The notes beneath the pieces are model-generated. The model did no database searches, had not been told where the DNA came from, and saw only the letters and a list, made by a program, of their open reading frames with translations. 64,000 nucleotides of DNA from Gammaproteobacteria bacterium (GTDB lineage: Bacteria; Pseudomonadota; Gammaproteobacteria; UBA4575): the NCBI GenBank assembly GCA_965222615.1, contig CBDCUI010000009.1, positions 256,001 to 320,000 on the forward strand, read 5' to 3'. Within the stretch, counting starts at the first letter, position 1, and every line of letters begins with the position of its first letter. The position numbers and the translations under genes are program-made. Positions 45,538 through 55,439 of the stretch are shown one piece after another.

Positions 45538-46431
45538 TTATAATGAACTGAAATGGATCAAGTCAGGTTCACTATCATCGACGATTGTTTTTCCTAGGCT
45601 AATCTGGCCTTCTCCCCAAAGAGGGAATTCTTCACGGCGTAGATATATACTTCTTCCATCATCAGTCAGTATATAAGTTCCATTAGTGCTTTTATCCATT
45701 AGCAAGAACTTGCCCCTACGATATTCAATCGTAGCATGTTGTCGAGAAACTAATGTGCCTTCAATGATAATGCTGCAACTTGCATCTCGCCCTAGCGTTA
45801 ATGCCGGCATATTTGCTAACAATGCTAGCTCAGTTTCTTGAAAAGAGAGCTGCAATTTTGATGATCTCATTTTTTCCAACGAAGTCGTACCAGACAAAAT
45901 TTGTGTAGATGCTTCACCCTCCCAGAGGATCTCATAAATTATGGTTTGTTCTTGACGACCCTTAATACGGGAGGTGTCATAGCGACGAGTAAAATGACTA
46001 ATCTCAGGTGGAATATGTTGAACCATCTCGTCAGTTGCAATGATTTGGCCGCCTTTAGCAATATCACGCATTGCAGCTGCAACATTCACGGCATCTCCAT
46101 ATAGATCAGTGTCTTCAATAATTGCAGATCCATAATGCATCCCTATACGCAGTGCTAACTGGACACCATTGGGGTCAACGGTTTCTTTAGCAATTTCCTG
46201 CAATTTAAAAACCGCTTGAAAAGCCATTTCAGGATCCGTCAAATAGCATAAAATTTCATCGCCAATAAATTTAACCACCGTTCCACTGTGACGCTTGATA
46301 ACTTCTGAAAGTCTGATTAGGCATCGAGCAATACTATCTTGTGCAAGGGTGTCACCATATTCTTGATATAGTCTTGTACTGCCCGCGATATCCACGAACA
46401 TAATCGTACAATCTTTAGTTTCTTTACCCAT
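45538..46431 (-). CDS. Class III adenylate/guanylate cyclase domain + FHA domain protein
   Basis: MFVDIAGST, KFIGDE, YGDAVNVA; FHA motifs LGR, VSRQHA, STNGT. Confidence 0.88.
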   Translation of the reverse strand: MGKETKDCTIMFVDIAGSTRLYQEYGDTLAQDSIARCLIRLSEVIKRHSGTVVKFIGDEILCYLTDPEMAFQAVFKLQEIAKETVDPNGVQLALRIGMHYGSAIIEDTDLYGDAVNVAAAMRDIAKGGQIIATDEMVQHIPPEISHFTRRYDTSRIKGRQEQTIIYEILWEGEASTQILSGTTSLEKMRSSKLQLSFQETELALLANMPALTLGRDASCSIIIEGTLVSRQHATIEYRRGKFLLMDKSTNGTYILTDDGRSIYLRREEFPLWGEGQISLGKTIVDDSEPDLIHFSSL

Positions 46432-46439
46432 TATCAGAT

Positions 46440-47111
46440 TTAAAACTTTTGCTCGAGCTTCATGACCCGGCCTTCATTGACTATGTTCAATCGTCCAAGA
46501 TAAGACATTCCAAGCAACGGAGTAGAAGGTTCATTGCCATCGATAACTACAGCGGCAACATTTCTCAACATTATTTCACCAACTTTTACTTCATCTAGAT
46601 TGACCGAATAGGCCATTTCAGTCCCGGAAGCCGTAGTGACATAAGTATGATCACCGTTAAGTTTATATTGCAAACCCAATCTCTTGGCTGTATTTGAATT
46701 CAATGCGATGCTACTTGCTCCTGTATCAACCAGAAAATCAACAGTATAGCCGTTGATGGACCCTGTTGTCTTGAACATACCATTGCTATCTGGGTAAACC
46801 AGGAGCTTCTTCTTATCTTGTGTTGCGTAACTAGCTTGTACACGATTACCCAGGCCAAATTTTGACTGTTTCCCATGCACTTCAAGAACAGCATATTTAC
46901 TCGTGGCTTTGATTAATTTAACCCCAGCTTTTTCTGGCTCACCAACTTTTAATAAGTGCTGTTCATTATTTATCATAACCATAGCTTTATTTTTAAATAA
47001 GGCCATAACTTCGATACTGGTATCTGCAAAAACTTCACTTATACACACTAATAATGCAAAGAAAGTTACATATACATAATGCCTTGTCTTATATGTGTAT
47101 AATGTAGTCAT
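46440..47111 (-). CDS. Clan AA (retropepsin-like, TIGR02281-type) aspartic protease
   Basis: FLVDTGAS, TASG, LLGMSYL. Confidence 0.88.
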   Translation of the reverse strand: MTTLYTYKTRHYVYVTFFALLVCISEVFADTSIEVMALFKNKAMVMINNEQHLLKVGEPEKAGVKLIKATSKYAVLEVHGKQSKFGLGNRVQASYATQDKKKLLVYPDSNGMFKTTGSINGYTVDFLVDTGASSIALNSNTAKRLGLQYKLNGDHTYVTTASGTEMAYSVNLDEVKVGEIMLRNVAAVVIDGNEPSTPLLGMSYLGRLNIVNEGRVMKLEQKF

Positions 47112-47117
47112 TTCCAG

Positions 47118-48185
47118 CTAGGCTGAAACTTTCTTTAAGTATTGAGTAAACTGCCCTTTGTCGTTAGCAGCCTCAAATGCTATTTCCGGTGATATGGCTT
47201 CATCCGTTAATAATTTCTTAATCGCTGTATCCATACTTTGCATACCAAAAGAACCACCACCTTGAATGGAATTATCGATCTGATCGGTTTTACCTTCGCG
47301 AATAATATTGCCCATCGCAGGCGTATTAACCATGATTTCTAGAGCAGCTACTCTACCCTTTCCATCTTTACGTTTTAGTAATTGCTGAGATATTACTGAA
47401 CGTAGTGAAGTCGACAGCATCGTACGAATATGATCCTGCTTATTTACTGGGAAAGCATTAATGATTCGATCAACGGTTGACGCCGCACTATTCGTATGCA
47501 AGGTTCCAAGTACTAAAATTCCTGTTTCTGCAGCTGTAACTGCAAGACTCATGGTTTCTAAATCACGCATTTCACCAACAAGGATTACATCTGGATCTTC
47601 TCTTAATGCCGAATGTAGTGCACTTGCAAAAGTTTTAGTATGCTCGCCAACTTCTCGTTGACTTATTAAGCATTTCTTTTGTTCGTGAATAAATTCGATT
47701 GGGTCTTCGATAGTTAAAATATGTCCTTTATGGGTAGAATTAATTGCATCTACCATAGCCGATAAAGTAGTGGACTTTCCTGATCCAGTTTTACCCGTTA
47801 CTAAAATCATACCTGCTTTCTGATTACAGATATTGCTTAAAGCTGCTGGTAGATTTAGATCTTCTAAGGTTGCAGTTTCCGCAGGTATCGATCTAAAAAT
47901 TGCTCCAATACCATTTAAATGTCTAAATGCATTGACTCGAAAACGACCAGTCCCCTCTATAGTGTAGGCGAAATCAGCATTATCATCCTTTTCAAAAATA
48001 GTTCGAGCACGGTTCGGCATCATATTCATAATCGGTTCTAGCATTTCTTTAGCTGGAATTGAGTCTTCTGAGATAGCTTCTAGATCACCAAATACCCTCA
48101 TTCGAGGTGGATCGCTAGATACTAAATGCAAATCTGAGCCGCCACGTGCTACAAGCATTTCTAAAAGAACATCAATATCTACCAT
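47118..48185 (-). CDS. PilT/PilU-family ATPase
   Basis: SDLHL, GKTGSGKST, IEDPIEF, LREDPD, TLHT. Confidence 0.9.
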   Translation of the reverse strand: MVDIDVLLEMLVARGGSDLHLVSSDPPRMRVFGDLEAISEDSIPAKEMLEPIMNMMPNRARTIFEKDDNADFAYTIEGTGRFRVNAFRHLNGIGAIFRSIPAETATLEDLNLPAALSNICNQKAGMILVTGKTGSGKSTTLSAMVDAINSTHKGHILTIEDPIEFIHEQKKCLISQREVGEHTKTFASALHSALREDPDVILVGEMRDLETMSLAVTAAETGILVLGTLHTNSAASTVDRIINAFPVNKQDHIRTMLSTSLRSVISQQLLKRKDGKGRVAALEIMVNTPAMGNIIREGKTDQIDNSIQGGGSFGMQSMDTAIKKLLTDEAISPEIAFEAANDKGQFTQYLKKVSA

Positions 48186-48202
48186 TGTGACTTTCTCATG
48201 AT

Positions 48203-49285
48203 CTAACTAGCTTTGGGTAACAACGCCGGATCAGTGACAAAACGTTGCAGCAATTTTTTATCACTTGCATGTAAATAAGCATCATCTGGATCAATTTGCT
48301 TCGCTTGCACTGCCTCAAGCAACGCTTGATCTTTTAATTGCATACCAATAGCGCTTCCAGTTTGAATTTGATTAGGTATCTGGAAAGTTTTATCAGACAT
48401 GATCAAATTAGAGATGGCATTGTTCATCATCATAATTTCAACAATTGCCCTTCTTCCCCTACCATCAATTGTTTTAACCAGCTCTTGTGTTACCACGGCA
48501 TGCAAGTTTTGCGATAAGAAAATTTTGCCTTGTCCTTGTTGCTCTGCTGGTAATGCATCAATGATACGGTCTAGTGATTTAGTTGCCGATGTGGTATGCA
48601 AGGTGCCAAACACTAAATGTCCTGTCTCAGCGGCAAGCATGGCCATAGATATGGTCTCTGAATCTCGCATCTCACCTACAAGTATAATATCCGGATCCTC
48701 TCTAAGAGAGGCGCGCAAACCATCAGAGAAGCTTTTCACATGCGTACCAACTTCGCGTTGTATGACTTGTGATTTTTTACTTGGATGAATAAATTCGACT
48801 GGATCCTCTAGAGTAATAATATTTTCCTTGCGGGACTTATTGATGTGATCAATTAAGGATGCAAGGGTAGTAGATTTACCTGTTCCAGTAGAACCCGTGA
48901 CTAACACCATTCCTTGTTTAAAGTCTGCAAATGTCTTAATTACTGGGGGTAAATTTAAAGTTTCAAATGAAGGGATCTCTGTTGGTATATGACGAAACGT
49001 AGCTCCTACTCCCGAAGATTTTCTAAATAAATTAATACGAAATCTCCCCACGCCTTCCGACATATATGAAAAATCTAGATCATTTCCATTGCGGAACTTT
49101 TCTTTTTGTGATTTTGTAAGAATTTCGCTCATATAGCCTTCCAGCTCGCTATCACCTAAGTCCCTAAATTTAATGGGAACTAAGTCCCCATGCATGCGAA
49201 ACATAGGAGGCACACCAACTGCTAAGTGAATATCAGAACAACTTTGTTCACGGCCAAGTTTTAAAAATGCATCTATTCTTGCCAT
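48203..49285 (-). CDS. PilT/PilU-family ATPase
   Basis: SDIHL, GSTGTGKST, EDPVEF, LREDPD, TLHT. Confidence 0.9.
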   Translation of the reverse strand: MARIDAFLKLGREQSCSDIHLAVGVPPMFRMHGDLVPIKFRDLGDSELEGYMSEILTKSQKEKFRNGNDLDFSYMSEGVGRFRINLFRKSSGVGATFRHIPTEIPSFETLNLPPVIKTFADFKQGMVLVTGSTGTGKSTTLASLIDHINKSRKENIITLEDPVEFIHPSKKSQVIQREVGTHVKSFSDGLRASLREDPDIILVGEMRDSETISMAMLAAETGHLVFGTLHTTSATKSLDRIIDALPAEQQGQGKIFLSQNLHAVVTQELVKTIDGRGRRAIVEIMMMNNAISNLIMSDKTFQIPNQIQTGSAIGMQLKDQALLEAVQAKQIDPDDAYLHASDKKLLQRFVTDPALLPKAS

Positions 49286-49295
49286 AACTAATTTC

Positions 49296-51680
49296 TTAAT
49301 TCATCGAATTTTGAATACTGTCTTTTAGCTCTGTCATAGACTGAAAACGGTGGTCAGCTTTTACACTCATACATTTTGCAACCAAATCATTTAAATCAGC
49401 AGGTACCGCTTCATTTTTTTCGCTTATTTTTTCTGCTTTCCCCTGCACGTGTTGATACATTATCGACATACTGTCTTTGCCAGAATAAGGCGGTCTTCCA
49501 GTCAGCATTTCGTACATGATTACACCTAAGCTGTAGATATCTGTTCTTTCATCTACTTCTTTACCTAATACTTGTTCTGGCGCCATATAGGTAGGTGTGC
49601 CAACAAGTAGGCCGGTTTTTGTTAATTTTGTATCTGTAGATTGTGTTGCTGCAGCTACCCCAAAATCTACAATTTTTAGCAAGCTATCCTCGTTTATAAG
49701 TATATTATTGGGCTTTAAGTCACGATGCACTACATTAGCAGCATGTGCACTCTCCATTCCACTGCACACATCAAAAGTAAGTTTCTTTGCTCTTTCAATA
49801 TCCATTGGTTTTTTATCTTTTACTTCTGCGCTTAAAGTATGACTTCTAAAGTACTCCATAGAAATAGCATGAGCCTTACCAAAAGAAACCATGTCATAAA
49901 TTCGTATCACATTGGGATGTGTAATTTTACGTGCAAACCGTAATTCATAAATAAAGCGTTTAATAATGCTTTCATCTGTTACAAATTGTGTATTCAAAAA
50001 TTTAAGAATGATTTCCTCGTTAATCATCATATCTTCAACTAAGAATACAGAGCCAAATGCGCCTTTACCGATTTTTTTAATATATCGGTAGCGATCGGCT
50101 AACATATCATCAGGCTGCAATTCATCAGGATTAATGGTTAAGGTTTCCATGGTACGGTTACCACGTACCACTTTATCTGGCATCGTAATAGGACCTTCCT
50201 CACCGGCTTCCTCTGTCTCGTCCTTGAATACCTGAATGGAAGAACCTGGAGGTTCTTGTTCAACAATACTGTTTATTGCCTTTTGTCCCAGCTCTTGGAT
50301 TTCTTGGTTTTGATCTGCGATAACGTCATCGATTGCTTTGATTGCTATTTCTACATCTTTTTCTGTAGTGATAACCTTAAGTGTTTTAATCGCCTCCTTG
50401 ATGACGTTTTCAGAATCTGTTTTTAATTGTTTGATTGTAATCCTTACCGCTTCTTCAGCTTTGAGTGTTGCAAAAGCCTTTAACAGTACCACTACCATGG
50501 CAGTATTATCTGAATTTTCAGATAACATTTTCATTAAAATAGGCACACACTTTTTATTACCTAATTCTGCGAGCCCATCTATAGCACGCTCTCGCACCCA
50601 CCAATCAGAATCATCGAGCGCTTTCACTAGTGCATCAAAGGTACTTTGATCTTTAGTAGCATTGATAATTTCAATTGCAGACCGCCGAATAAATTCATCG
50701 TCATCTTTTATTAACTGAATTACGGCATTCACTACACGTTTACCACCAATTTTACCAAGCGCATCTGCTGCCCGACTCCTCACCCACCAATCTTCATCTT
50801 TTATTGTATTGAGTAAATCTTTAACAGAATCTTTACTTGCTATTTCATTTAGCACTTCGACTGCAGCCCTGCGTGTGTATTCAGACTCGTCTTTTAAGTG
50901 AGGGATTAAGTGGAAGACCGTTTTAGGATGTTTAATTTTTACTACGGCTTCGATTGCTTTAGTCTGAACTTTATAGTCAGGATCATTGATTAATGCGCAA
51001 AGTTTTTCTATATCGATTTTGTTGCTAGAATTTGACAGGCCTTCTAATGCAGCCAACCGTACAGCCTTATTTTCATCAGATAATAATTTTTCGAGTGACT
51101 CATTGACACCTGGCTTATCAAACTTGGACATTAGCTTAGTTATATAAGTCCGTACTATTGGGTCTTTTGTGTCTGCTCTGTTAATTAACTCTGGAACCAT
51201 CGTTTCACTAGCAATGGCATCTAACAAACGAAATAAAGAGGCTTGGTCATTATGTTCAAGCTTATAGGCATAACGTAAAAGTTTTGATGAGTTAACTTTT
51301 TGTTTTTGTGTGCTTAAGAAAGTTATTAACATAGGTTTAGATGCATCTTGTTTTTCGAACAAGTCAACAAATCTATTTGGATCTATATTCTGTGATCGTG
51401 ACATTGCCTCAGCTACACCATCACGCACTAAATTACTTTGGTGAGAAAATAAAGGTCTAAAATATTCTGAATTTTCGGTGGTTGCGAGATCAGACAGGAT
51501 ATTAATAATCTGCTTAGCTTCTTCTTTATTGCTGGTTTCAAATCTTTCGGCAAGTTTAGGAATTGCAGATTTCCCGGCCTTATAAAGCTTTTTTACATTC
51601 TTGTCATAGTCAGGCTCAGATCTTTTTGTTAAGACCTGATCGATCAAACCATCAACTCGAATTGCTCCGAAAACTCCCAT
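49296..51680 (-). CDS. HEAT-repeat Ser/Thr protein kinase
   Basis: HEAT repeats (DEDWWVRSRAADALG, DSDWWVRERAIDGL) followed by GKGAFG, HRDLKP, DFG, YMAPE. Confidence 0.9.
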   Translation of the reverse strand: MGVFGAIRVDGLIDQVLTKRSEPDYDKNVKKLYKAGKSAIPKLAERFETSNKEEAKQIINILSDLATTENSEYFRPLFSHQSNLVRDGVAEAMSRSQNIDPNRFVDLFEKQDASKPMLITFLSTQKQKVNSSKLLRYAYKLEHNDQASLFRLLDAIASETMVPELINRADTKDPIVRTYITKLMSKFDKPGVNESLEKLLSDENKAVRLAALEGLSNSSNKIDIEKLCALINDPDYKVQTKAIEAVVKIKHPKTVFHLIPHLKDESEYTRRAAVEVLNEIASKDSVKDLLNTIKDEDWWVRSRAADALGKIGGKRVVNAVIQLIKDDDEFIRRSAIEIINATKDQSTFDALVKALDDSDWWVRERAIDGLAELGNKKCVPILMKMLSENSDNTAMVVVLLKAFATLKAEEAVRITIKQLKTDSENVIKEAIKTLKVITTEKDVEIAIKAIDDVIADQNQEIQELGQKAINSIVEQEPPGSSIQVFKDETEEAGEEGPITMPDKVVRGNRTMETLTINPDELQPDDMLADRYRYIKKIGKGAFGSVFLVEDMMINEEIILKFLNTQFVTDESIIKRFIYELRFARKITHPNVIRIYDMVSFGKAHAISMEYFRSHTLSAEVKDKKPMDIERAKKLTFDVCSGMESAHAANVVHRDLKPNNILINEDSLLKIVDFGVAAATQSTDTKLTKTGLLVGTPTYMAPEQVLGKEVDERTDIYSLGVIMYEMLTGRPPYSGKDSMSIMYQHVQGKAEKISEKNEAVPADLNDLVAKCMSVKADHRFQSMTELKDSIQNSMN

Positions 51681-51857
51681 ATTGCTAAGTAGTCACTACC
51701 CTTACATTGTTGCGGTAAATATTGCGAAAGTTTAGCTGTCCTTAGCTCAACAATAAGCCCCAGTATTGTAATGTGAAAATGTCCATATCTAACTGATATA
51801 TAATAGTATATTTTATTATCCGAGCAGTTTACCCTGGCCTGAGCTCAAGGTCATGAG

Positions 51858-52355
51858 TTACATAAATTGGGCCGACCAAATCACGATATGTAGGGATAAC
51901 AGGCCATAGAGGCCCGCTATGAGGTCATCCAACATAATGCCAAACCCGCCTTTGACCCGTTTGTCGATCTGGGAAATTGGCCATGGTTTCCAGATATCGA
52001 ATAGCCTAAATAATAAAAATCCGGCTACGATCCAATACCAGCTAGTGGGAACCAATGCCATGGTAAGCAAATAACCTACGATTTCGTCAATCACAATACC
52101 TGGATGGTCATGCACCCCTAAGGCCTCTGCTGTGAGCTGGGCCGCCCAACAGCCAGCAAAAAATAATGTAAAAACAGCTAACAAATAGATTATTGGTGAA
52201 AATGATGCAAGCAACAGATATACCGGAATCGCAATTAAAGTACCGAATGTCCCTGGCGCTATAGGAGCAAATCCTGCACCAAATCCAAATGAAATGATGT
52301 GTACTGGATTGCGCAACACTATCTGGTTAATACCAGATGACTTACTTTTTTTCAT
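51858..52355 (-). CDS. pgpA: Phosphatidylglycerophosphatase A
   Basis: APGTFGT, VIDE, FR.FDIWKP, MLDD. Confidence 0.94.
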   Translation of the reverse strand: MKKSKSSGINQIVLRNPVHIISFGFGAGFAPIAPGTFGTLIAIPVYLLLASFSPIIYLLAVFTLFFAGCWAAQLTAEALGVHDHPGIVIDEIVGYLLTMALVPTSWYWIVAGFLLFRLFDIWKPWPISQIDKRVKGGFGIMLDDLIAGLYGLLSLHIVIWSAQFM

Positions 52356-53317
52356 TGAAAATGATCAAAGCCCAAATTTTTAGGTAGTGCCATTTTAGTC
52401 TGACTTTTGTAAATACTTATTCCTTTACCTTGTACAATTTGTCCTATATCCGTGATAGGACATCTAATACGTTCACTAATTTGCTTTATCTGTGCACGAT
52501 ATTTTTCATCGGCAGTAAATAACAGCTCATAGTCCTCTCCACCTATTAGCGGCAGTGACCAATCTTGCGAGGTTTCGATATATGTCTGCATAGCACGTGA
52601 GATTGGTATTTTTTCAATATCTATTTCTGCCGCAACTTGACTCAGTGTTGTTAGCCGTTGCAAGTCTTGCAATAGACCATCCGAAATATCAATCGCAGCA
52701 GATGCAAAGTTTAAGATATTCAGACCTAGATTAATTCTAGAAATGGGTTTGTAGAGACTGTTGTATAGTTCATTTTTTTCTTCACTAGTTAATTCTAAAT
52801 TTAAATTTTCTTCGTGTAATTTTAATCCCAGCGAAGCGTTACCAATAATTCCTGAAACAAAAACATGATTATCAACTACTGCATTTGACCTTGTCAGTAC
52901 TTTTTCTAATGGAACATAACCTATAGCTTGTATTGAAATAGACAAAGACCCTCTTACCAAATCACCTCCAATGATTTTAATATTATTCTCATTTGCCAAC
53001 GCGAAAAGCCCGTCACTAAACGAACTAAGCCAAGTATGTCTAATTTCAGGCAAAGACAAATTTATCGTGGCCCATAGTGGTGTTGCCCCCATTGCGGCAA
53101 GATCACTTAGATTTACAGCTAACGCTTTATGTCCGATATATTCAGGCAAGCAATCAGAAAAAAAGTGCACCCCCTCATTTAATGTGTCAGTTGTAATCAC
53201 TAACCTAGTATTATCAGGGGAAGCGACCACTGCTGCGTCATCACCGATACCGATATCTACGAGATCATCAGGTTGATGACGAGAAAAATATTTTGAAATA
53301 ATTTCTTGCTCTGACAA
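52352..53317 (-). CDS. thiL: Thiamine-monophosphate kinase
   Basis: GIGDDAA, AVNLSDLAAMGA, DISDGL, GEDYEL. Confidence 0.95.
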   Translation of the reverse strand: MSEQEIISKYFSRHQPDDLVDIGIGDDAAVVASPDNTRLVITTDTLNEGVHFFSDCLPEYIGHKALAVNLSDLAAMGATPLWATINLSLPEIRHTWLSSFSDGLFALANENNIKIIGGDLVRGSLSISIQAIGYVPLEKVLTRSNAVVDNHVFVSGIIGNASLGLKLHEENLNLELTSEEKNELYNSLYKPISRINLGLNILNFASAAIDISDGLLQDLQRLTTLSQVAAEIDIEKIPISRAMQTYIETSQDWSLPLIGGEDYELLFTADEKYRAQIKQISERIRCPITDIGQIVQGKGISIYKSQTKMALPKNLGFDHFQ

Positions 53318-53350
53318 AACTAAATATTCTGTTGTAAGTATTTAGATAAG

Positions 53351-53776
53351 CTAGTTTTCGTCACGCACTTTTGCAATTTTATCTAATACACCGTTGATAA
53401 ATTTATAACCGTCTATTGATCCAAATTTTTTACAAAGCTTAACGGCTTCAGAAATGACGACATCAGTTGGAGTTTCAGTTATGTTAAGAATTTCATGGGT
53501 TGAAAATAGCAAAATAGCTTTTTCAACTGGGTCGATTACTTCACTTGATGAATCGACATAGCTCTCAAATACAGTTGAAAGTTCATTCGCATTGGTAATG
53601 GATGCACCCAACAATTCTACAAAATAATCCTTATCAACTTTATCCCAGTTTTCATCAACAGAATACTGCGCAAGCAACTCATCTATACTTTGATCAGTTA
53701 ATTGCCATTGATATAGCGCCTGTAATGCAAAACGTCTAGCCCAATGACGTTTTTGGGGGTCCACTTTATTATTCAA
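53351..53776 (-). CDS. nusB: Transcription antitermination factor NusB
   Basis: AR..ALQALYQW, FINGVLD. Confidence 0.94.
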   Translation of the reverse strand: MNNKVDPQKRHWARRFALQALYQWQLTDQSIDELLAQYSVDENWDKVDKDYFVELLGASITNANELSTVFESYVDSSSEVIDPVEKAILLFSTHEILNITETPTDVVISEAVKLCKKFGSIDGYKFINGVLDKIAKVRDEN

Positions 53777-54255
53777 GAACTGATCTTTCTCAGAGCATTT
53801 ATCATCTCAAGTACACACAAGGCAGCATCGCGTCCTTTATTGTCTTCTACTTTATCCATAGATGACCGTGACAATGCCTGTTCCACAGTATCTGTAGTTA
53901 AAACACCAAATGCAATGGGTATATTTGTTTCTAGGCTAGCTTGCTGAATTCCCATCGTACAGCCCTGACTTACATATTCAAAATGAGGTGTACCGCCTCG
54001 GATAATACATGCTAAAGCAATTATGCCATTATATTTTTCAGTAAGCGCGAGTTGCTTACAAGTAATCGGTAATTCAAAAGCACCTGGAACAGGTATATGT
54101 GTGATAGAACTTTCTTCAACACCGTTATCAAGCAATGTGCTATATGCTGCTTGATACATTGATTCAACGATCTCACCATTGAAACGGGCAGAAACAATAG
54201 CAATTCTAGCCTGTTTGCCAGAATAATCCGCTCCCGAAGTAAAGCTTTGTTCCAT
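53773..54255 (-). CDS. ribH: 6,7-dimethyl-8-ribityllumazine synthase
   Basis: VPGAFELP, IRGGTPHFEYV, FGVLT. Confidence 0.95.
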   Translation of the reverse strand: MEQSFTSGADYSGKQARIAIVSARFNGEIVESMYQAAYSTLLDNGVEESSITHIPVPGAFELPITCKQLALTEKYNGIIALACIIRGGTPHFEYVSQGCTMGIQQASLETNIPIAFGVLTTDTVEQALSRSSMDKVEDNKGRDAALCVLEMINALRKISS

Positions 54256-54265
54256 AAAAATATAA

Positions 54266-54859
54266 TTAAGTATGTTGAGTTAGTTGTTCAAGATAACGAG
54301 CTAAAAGATCTACTTCGATATTTACCAAATCACCATTACTTAAAGAATTTAAAGTCGTATGCGCTAAGGTATGCGAAATAATGGTTACACAATGTTGGTC
54401 ATCTTTTATTTTATTTACCGTCAAACTTATTCCATCAATACACACCGAACCTTTCACAGCAATATATTTAATCAGCTCAGTGGGAGCTGCAAACCAAAAA
54501 ATAGACTCGTTTTCATTATCTGTTCTTTCAGCAACTTTACCAATTCCATCTACATGACCACTTACAATATGGCCGCCCAAACGCGTTGTTGGCGTTAATG
54601 ACTTTTCTAAATTTACTTCATTATTCCTAATCTCACCACCAAAGGTCGTACATTGTTGTGTTTCTTGAGAAACATCTACAATAAAACTGTCCTTTTCAAC
54701 ATTATATGCAGTCAAACAAACACCATTGGTGCATATACTATCTCCATTCTTTACATCTTTAGCAAAAGATTCTGAAGTTTTTATTTGGTATTGATTGATA
54801 TCTTGTTGTTCAGCAATTTTGCTGATAACTCCTACCTCTTCAATTATGCCTGTAAACAT
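54266..54859 (-). CDS. ribC: Riboflavin synthase (alpha chain; ribC in E. coli, ribE in many annotations)
   Basis: MFTGII, NGVCLT, GGH.VSGHVDG, KGSV..DG.SLT. Confidence 0.95.
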   Translation of the reverse strand: MFTGIIEEVGVISKIAEQQDINQYQIKTSESFAKDVKNGDSICTNGVCLTAYNVEKDSFIVDVSQETQQCTTFGGEIRNNEVNLEKSLTPTTRLGGHIVSGHVDGIGKVAERTDNENESIFWFAAPTELIKYIAVKGSVCIDGISLTVNKIKDDQHCVTIISHTLAHTTLNSLSNGDLVNIEVDLLARYLEQLTQHT

Positions 54860-54868
54860 TGATATCGG

Positions 54869-55438
54869 TTATTGAATGTTTAGGGTATACATCGTCATGG
54901 GCATTGCAGAAGAGTTGTTGAAGGTTGCACCCGCCTCGATGCCAATTTTTGCAATATTTTCAACATCATCTTCTTGATCATATATTGCATACATTGCGCC
55001 TAACGCAATGTCTCCTCCAGAACCGAGTGCCCAAAACTTCGAGTATTCAAACACTTCTCTGAGCGAATAAACTGCAAAAATACCATGTGGATTTACAATT
55101 AAAGTATCGATACGCGAAGATTCATAGGGGTCATCCTCTTCATCCTTCGGATTTAGATAGTAATCTTCTTTTAGGATTGGATGAAGCTTACGAAAAGACT
55201 CAAAAACTTCAAAGTGACTTTTAAAACTAAGTTCCTCGCCATGGTTTTCTAAAATACTTTTTATTACCATATGATGTGCAGCACTACCAACAATTCCAAA
55301 GTAATTGTTTTTATATAAATGAATTTTTTCATGGGTAAGATCATATTCACTTGACTGCTTAATCTCACCAAAAGTGGTCAAAGTATCAGCTGCTATACAC
55401 ACCTTACTATTTTTCTTAACTGCGACTATTGTTGACAT
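54869..55438 (-). CDS. Proteasome-beta/HslV-like Ntn hydrolase (BPH-like)
   Basis: MSTIVAV...IAAD..TTFG and ALGSG...ALGAM; no hslU neighbour. Confidence 0.72.
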   Translation of the reverse strand: MSTIVAVKKNSKVCIAADTLTTFGEIKQSSEYDLTHEKIHLYKNNYFGIVGSAAHHMVIKSILENHGEELSFKSHFEVFESFRKLHPILKEDYYLNPKDEEDDPYESSRIDTLIVNPHGIFAVYSLREVFEYSKFWALGSGGDIALGAMYAIYDQEDDVENIAKIGIEAGATFNNSSAMPMTMYTLNIQ

Positions 55439-55439
55439 A

